DNA of 64,000 bases, from contig JAYFMW010000005.1 of NCBI GenBank assembly GCA_042408215.1, positions 1 to 64,000 on the forward strand, written 5' to 3'. The notes beneath the pieces were generated by a model. It had not been told where the DNA came from, made no database searches, and saw nothing but the letters and a program-made list of their open reading frames with translations. The position numbers and the translations under genes were made by a program. The stretch comes from Microcoleus sp. Its GTDB lineage: Bacteria; Cyanobacteriota; Cyanobacteriia; Cyanobacteriales; Microcoleaceae. Below, in pieces: positions 60,201-64,000 of the stretch. How positions within the stretch are numbered: position 1 is the stretch's first letter; each line of letters begins with the position of its first letter.

Positions 60201-61735
60201 ATCAAGATGGTACATTAACTTTTACTCAGAATGAGCAAGGTTATTTTCAAGTAACTGCAACATCTCAATTAGTTCCTAAGTATACGCAAGATGTAAGAAA
60301 ACTCTTTTTATACACTGGGATTTCTAGCAGAATAATATCTTACTTAATTTCCTATGAAATGCTGCTCCAAGAAATATTTGCTTTAGATTCAGGTTCAACA
60401 GATACCGAGAAAAATTTAGATGATTCCATAGTTGATGAGACACAAGAATTAGATATAAGTACAGAGGAATTCGAGGCAATTCAAGAGACGTATACGATAG
60501 TAGAAGCTGACGAACAACTAGATATAGAGGTAGATAGAACAACAGATATTGATACAGTAGAACCAAATGTATTAGATTTTTATACGGCTTTAGAAGGGTG
60601 GTTTTGGAAAAAGCTGCAAAAGCTAGTAGCTAAGGTTTTTCTTTCTATCAGCCGTTTTTGCTTGAGTGAAGCAAGTGCAAACTTAAGTGCTTCTGCTGAT
60701 GTCTTTGTTTTGGCTGTTGAATACAATCCCTATAAATATTTTAAATGTCTTAATGTCCTTAATGGTCATTTTGATAGTGATTTTGATCGTGATTTGGGAT
60801 TGATTCATACTTCTTTGGCTATTACACCAGATGGACAGAAACTTGTTAGTGGTAGTTGGTGTGACAATACTATAAAAATCTGGAATTTAAACACCGGAGA
60901 GTTACTTAGTACGCTAGAAGCCTGTGTTTACTGTGTTGCGATTACTCCAGACGGGCAAACGCTTGTTAGTGCGGGTGCGAATAGCACCATTAAAATTTGG
61001 GATTTAAAGACGAACGAGTTGCTACACTCTCTACATTGTTCAAATGAGGTTTATTTAGTAGCAATTACACCCGATGGCCAAAAGTTAATTGGTGTAGAAG
61101 ACTCCAACATTATTCAAATATGGGATTTAAACAACCAAGAACTCTTAAAAAGTTTGGGAACTTATTCATTACACTCTGGGCATCTTCATTGGTGGGATAG
61201 TAACTCTATTGTTATTTCTCCAGACCAACAGACAATAATTGTAGGAAATGAAATTATCAAATCCTATGATTTAATAACCGGAAAATTGCGAACTATTATA
61301 GGATGTAATCCAGAATGGATTCATGCTTTGGCTATTACGCCAGATGGTAAAATACTTATTAGCGGACATGACAGAAAGATTAAAATTTGGGATTTAACGG
61401 CAAAGAAATATCCCGAGGTTCGGCTGACTTTAAAGAGTTCTACTCAAGAAGTCGAAGCTCTTACACTTACACCAGATGGTCAAAGAATTGTATCGGCTGG
61501 TTATAGATTCAAAAAATATAAATCTTATGGTTATAGATTCAAAAAACACGAATCTTATGAGTGGTTTATTGAAATATGGGACTTAAATACTGGAGAAAGA
61601 CTTGGCTCTATAAAAAGGTATTTCACAGGCAATCGTTTCATTAGCCTTGCAATTACCCCAGATGGAAAACAAATTATTAGTAGTCACTGTGATGGAACTA
61701 TTCGGATATGGGGAATCCCAGAGTTGAGTATGTAA
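57248..61735 (+). CDS. Large WD40 / Ig-like repeat / WD40 protein
   Basis: N-terminal helical cap, WD40 repeats, about seven xFxxxGxDQxG...WxxxGGxIDQNG Ig-like repeats, acidic linker, C-terminal WD40 repeats. Confidence 0.85.
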   Translation: MSTRIEEVKKQLSSQSEQERLAALSETLNYGQQGLELLIEQSIKDQSDRVKQFAYRIFRGDTSYFRANTPENLTTSPTDVITSLAISPDNTILVGGSWQKIWVWNLQSGAIIRTIEGHSHWVLSVAISPDGNTLVTGSADKTIKVWNLKTGQIIHTLNGHSSWITAVDIAADGKTIVSGSTDKTLKIWELNTGKLSKTIKNEKELSCVLSLCMSHDGKVIACGSTNNKITLWNLDSGQLIRSIEGHSAWIQSLSITSDNTTLISGSRDGVVKFWQSKTEEVSSNQSGSVLGTGLLDVAATVAGFSLGGPLAVGAWVLGRIIVAELDNKNLPTLPLQNLECTKTYPNNQSINSLTCHVNQNILVVGFSKNIKIFDLKDHRIIYTLPEQPGFISSVAVSPNGKTLAVAGKDWVTLLKPETGKPLHAIKGCSYPKLSKIVILESSQELFYGQSKHFTVKGFDQNNREMSLNNTDVKWETTGGKIEQGLFTAGQREGRFEVKAKIGIFEASVTITIIQPPRIREISVTPSRINLEFGKTQQFTAQVLDQRKNPMQETVLWEVSGGGTIDQNGNFVAGSEADKFEIIASAGSIVRLIPITIIAPRKLDKLIITSSIDQLEFGQSFQFQVKGKDQYGDNIQTGAISWSVSNRGGSIDQNGNFVAGKEADEFEIIASVSSIRRVIPITIIEPPRLTELIVTSSISQLEFGQSFQFQVKGVDQYGNNIQAGKVTWSAISGNIDNRGRFYAGDREDTVIIKASVGTIETSTEVKVYEPSRLTFLDIFPSSVTLEPGKSQIFNLVALNQRGEEISVSDIEWNATDGFIDQNGNFSSGEQQKGDCQVTVNVGHLRAKAEVTVIPVLRGIKISPEQVEIKPEEAFTFTVTGFDQVGDPLDIMNVIWTTTNGGSITDKGDFKGNYNKREVTVTAKSGKFSNTAKVILLPVLKRLEVQPGFVYLKSSEQQTFVAKGFDQFGSPIVADEVYWETTGGKIDQDGTLTFTQNEQGYFQVTATSQLVPKYTQDVRKLFLYTGISSRIISYLISYEMLLQEIFALDSGSTDTEKNLDDSIVDETQELDISTEEFEAIQETYTIVEADEQLDIEVDRTTDIDTVEPNVLDFYTALEGWFWKKLQKLVAKVFLSISRFCLSEASANLSASADVFVLAVEYNPYKYFKCLNVLNGHFDSDFDRDLGLIHTSLAITPDGQKLVSGSWCDNTIKIWNLNTGELLSTLEACVYCVAITPDGQTLVSAGANSTIKIWDLKTNELLHSLHCSNEVYLVAITPDGQKLIGVEDSNIIQIWDLNNQELLKSLGTYSLHSGHLHWWDSNSIVISPDQQTIIVGNEIIKSYDLITGKLRTIIGCNPEWIHALAITPDGKILISGHDRKIKIWDLTAKKYPEVRLTLKSSTQEVEALTLTPDGQRIVSAGYRFKKYKSYGYRFKKHESYEWFIEIWDLNTGERLGSIKRYFTGNRFISLAITPDGKQIISSHCDGTIRIWGIPELSM

Positions 61736-61864
61736 CAATAGCAGTTCTCAGTTGCCGACAACACAGGGTAGCTACCGATGTAGTGGAGTTATCGGTCGTT
61801 TTAAAATTTGTTTAACAACCCCATGATAATTAGGATTTTCTCAACCTTCTAATTAACGAATCAG

Positions 61865-62092
61865 CTACTTATTTCCACTGACTGTTAATAATCTCGCTTG
61901 CACAGATTCTAAAATCGAATCTCGAATAAAAGCACTAGCCTTGATAATTTCTATCCCAATTAATTCCCCCGCTTCATTGATTTCTACCGTAATATTAGGA
62001 CTGATTTCCACACTGCCGGCTTCCCGTTCATCAGAAAGAGTTAAATGAAGAATATCCTCTTTTTCAAAATACGCCATTTTTGGATTATTCAT
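61865..62092 (-). CDS. DUF2283-like protein (putative antitoxin)
   Basis: YFEKEDILHL...EAGELIGIEIIKAS. Confidence 0.8.
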   Translation of the reverse strand: MNNPKMAYFEKEDILHLTLSDEREAGSVEISPNITVEINEAGELIGIEIIKASAFIRDSILESVQARLLTVSGNK

Positions 62093-62356
62093 AAATTACA
62101 AATCTCCCAATTGTTAAACGAAACTTTATTTGTTGACGAGTAGTTGCACAGTGATCGGAGTCATAGAATCTTCGTTTATTTCATAAGGTATCATAACCAA
62201 TTCCTGATTATGTTTACCCACAACAATTTGACTTCCCGTTACTGTGTCATCATACCTTTCTCCCGAAAATCTAATAATATTTTCCAAGATACTTAAGTCA
62301 AACCCCCTTAACTAGGCTCTATATTGCATATAGTCAGTCCAGATAATCTTAACCAT
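62085..62356 (-). pseudogene. Inactivated DUF4258-like putative toxin
   Basis: MVKIIWTDYMQYRA*LRGFD...; TAG at codon 15 plus a frameshift near 62148 (tail ATTRQQIKFRLTIGRFVIYE in another frame). Confidence 0.7.
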
Positions 62357-62394
62357 ATCTATTATAGTTACATAACCGTGTTCTTTTCCCCATT

Positions 62395-63317
62395 GTATCT
62401 AAGCTTGAGCCATTTGCGACATCCGACCACGCTGTTCAGGTTTTACCGGAATCAAGAGCAGCATTAAGTTGTTTTGCATCTTAAACCAATTTCTTGCTGA
62501 TGTTGTGATTCAACCATTCTTGAAAGCGCTTTTCTCTCCCAGAGAGCCTTCTGAGCAAGCGTCTAGCCGCCTGAGTGCGTTTGGATTGAATATTCGCGAT
62601 CGCCTTGCTATACTGGTCACGAACGGTTTGAATTTCTCGATCGCTCCCAGACTCACCCGTGGAATTGGTAGCAAGATCTCTAGGACCAAAATCAACTCCA
62701 ATTACTTGAGGATTTTTGCTAGTTGGCGGGCTGTCAATTGCAACTGTAAAGTGAATGTAATAATCATCTTGCTTGGTTTTACAAAGCGTTGCGCTCGTCA
62801 AAATTTGACCACGCAACAATGCAATGTGAACACCGCCAGCCCATCGAAATATTAAACTGTTTGCGTCCACTAATCAGAGTAATGCCAACTGTTTGCTCAG
62901 ATTATTTGTACTCAACATTACGAGGATTTTACCGGATCAAAGTTGTTCTTAATTTGTGGATTTTATGAACAGCTTTGGCGTTAGTAATCCCTCTGCTAAT
63001 TGCTAGACATGGTTGGCTTTAAATCCAGTCGCAGCCTTAACCGAATAATAGGTTTTATGATGTAACTTGGTTGTATTCCAACAATCTTATTTCGGAGCAA
63101 TCTGCAAAATCTGATTGCAAGCATCAGCAAATCCCCTGCAAGGGTTTGGTCAATTTCTGGACGCAAGTTTGTAGTTACTATTAGCTTACACTTAACAGAA
63201 AGGGCTTGAGTCATAGTATAATCCTGACTAACAGTGAACAGTTAACAGTTAAGAGTGAACAGTTAACTGTTCACTCTTAACAGTGAAGCGGAGTACGGGG
63301 TCTCCTGCGAGGTTTAG
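62395..63317 (-). pseudogene. tnpB: Decayed IS605-family element with fragmented tnpB
   Basis: MTQALSVKCKL start (63214), IGVDFG, NHNISKKLV and LNAA fragments in different frames; left-end-like sequence at about 63285-63317. Confidence 0.8.
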
Positions 63318-63331
63318 ATGAAGAAGTGTAT

Positions 63332-63375
63332 TAGGTCGCGCTCAATGGCGGGTTGCGCCATCGAGCGCGACCTAC
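63332..63375. repeat. REP-like palindrome
   Basis: TAGGTCGCGCTCAATGGCG-GGTTG-CGCCATCGAGCGCGACCTA. Confidence 0.6.
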
Positions 63376-63418
63376 CGAAGTTTAGCTATTGATTGAAGTC
63401 AAATTTTGGATCAAATCT

Positions 63419-64000
63419 ATGTTGAACAACTTTAAACTCAGAGGAAAAATGCTACTTGGCTACTCAGTGCCAGTAGGATTAATCGCAGGACTAGCGATCG
63501 GTGTCTATAGTACATCGCAAACAGTTAGTAAGAACTTTGAGGAAGCATTGCAAGCAGTAGAAGCTGCTAGGATGTCAGACTACATTGAATTGAGAGTGTC
63601 AGAAATTGGCCGACAGTCAAGGGGCTATGCTCTGACCCTTGACAAAGAATCGCTCGATCGCTACGAAGCGGGTGTCAAGAAGCTGAAGGAAACTGAAGAT
63701 CAAGCCTCAGATCTGACTCACAACCTCAGCAATGAACAAAAAAAACGGATGACCAAGATGGTTGAATTTTCAACCCAGTATGACAAGATCGCCCGTAATC
63801 TGATTGAAGCGGCCAAAGCTGGTAACCGTAAATTGGTAATGGACACAGCGGAGCAGGGTGCAGAAAATCTCAAGGCTTTCGAGGCTGTTATGGCGGAGTT
63901 TGACACTCAGCAAGCTAAGCTAGTCAAGCAGTCGGAAATTAACACCAAAAATACGCTAGGTTTGTTGGTCATGATGTCGATATTGGGTGCTGTTGCTGCT
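63419..64000 (+). CDS. Methyl-accepting chemotaxis protein or sensor, N-terminal part (runs off the window)
   Basis: MLNNFKLRGKMLLGYSVP TM1, helical periplasmic domain with RGYAL, TM2 at the window end; absent from the ORF track because no stop is reached. Confidence 0.75.
   Translation, partial: MLNNFKLRGKMLLGYSVPVGLIAGLAIGVYSTSQTVSKNFEEALQAVEAARMSDYIELRVSEIGRQSRGYALTLDKESLDRYEAGVKKLKETEDQASDLTHNLSNEQKKRMTKMVEFSTQYDKIARNLIEAAKAGNRKLVMDTAEQGAENLKAFEAVMAEFDTQQAKLVKQSEINTKNTLGLLVMMSILGAVAA

Overview
Chromosomal window from a filamentous cyanobacterium (inferred Oscillatoriales, Microcoleus/Tychonema-like, from dense HIP1 GCGATCGC sites, heptamer tandem repeats and gene content). The housekeeping backbone comprises ssrA (tmRNA), ndhA-ndhI-ndhG-ndhE, folB, proA, an HtpX-like protease, psb28, a MogA/MoaB protein, a glutathionyl-hydroquinone reductase, a TIGR01777-type epimerase, iscA, zds, tRNA-Val(GAC), three Ser/Thr kinases and a partial chemoreceptor. 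Accessory DNA is interleaved throughout: an 8x Calx-beta protein, a reduced Mza-like defence locus (C5 methylase, Z1, DUF4420-like, AIPR-position stub), an intact IS607 (tnpA-tnpB) inside a Uma2 pseudogene, four toxin-antitoxin-like pairs (one toxin has an ACG start, another is broken), a CHAT protease/small protein/membrane protein operon, a WD40-Ig giant next to tRNA-Val, and a decayed IS605 tnpB. Several small palindromic repeat families (REP/MITE-like) are abundant, nested, tandemly amplified and sometimes inserted in frame into proteins. The most notable observations are: a 209-bp gene-less IS605 derivative with correctly spaced end motifs and an omega-RNA-like scaffold; an orphan CRISPR-like repeat split by a MITE; co-oriented accessory genes bracketed by HIP1-jointed hairpin arrays; a cold-shock-like protein with nine ~17-aa repeats; and the caspase-like three-gene operon. 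All calls are from reading the sequence, with no database searches run.
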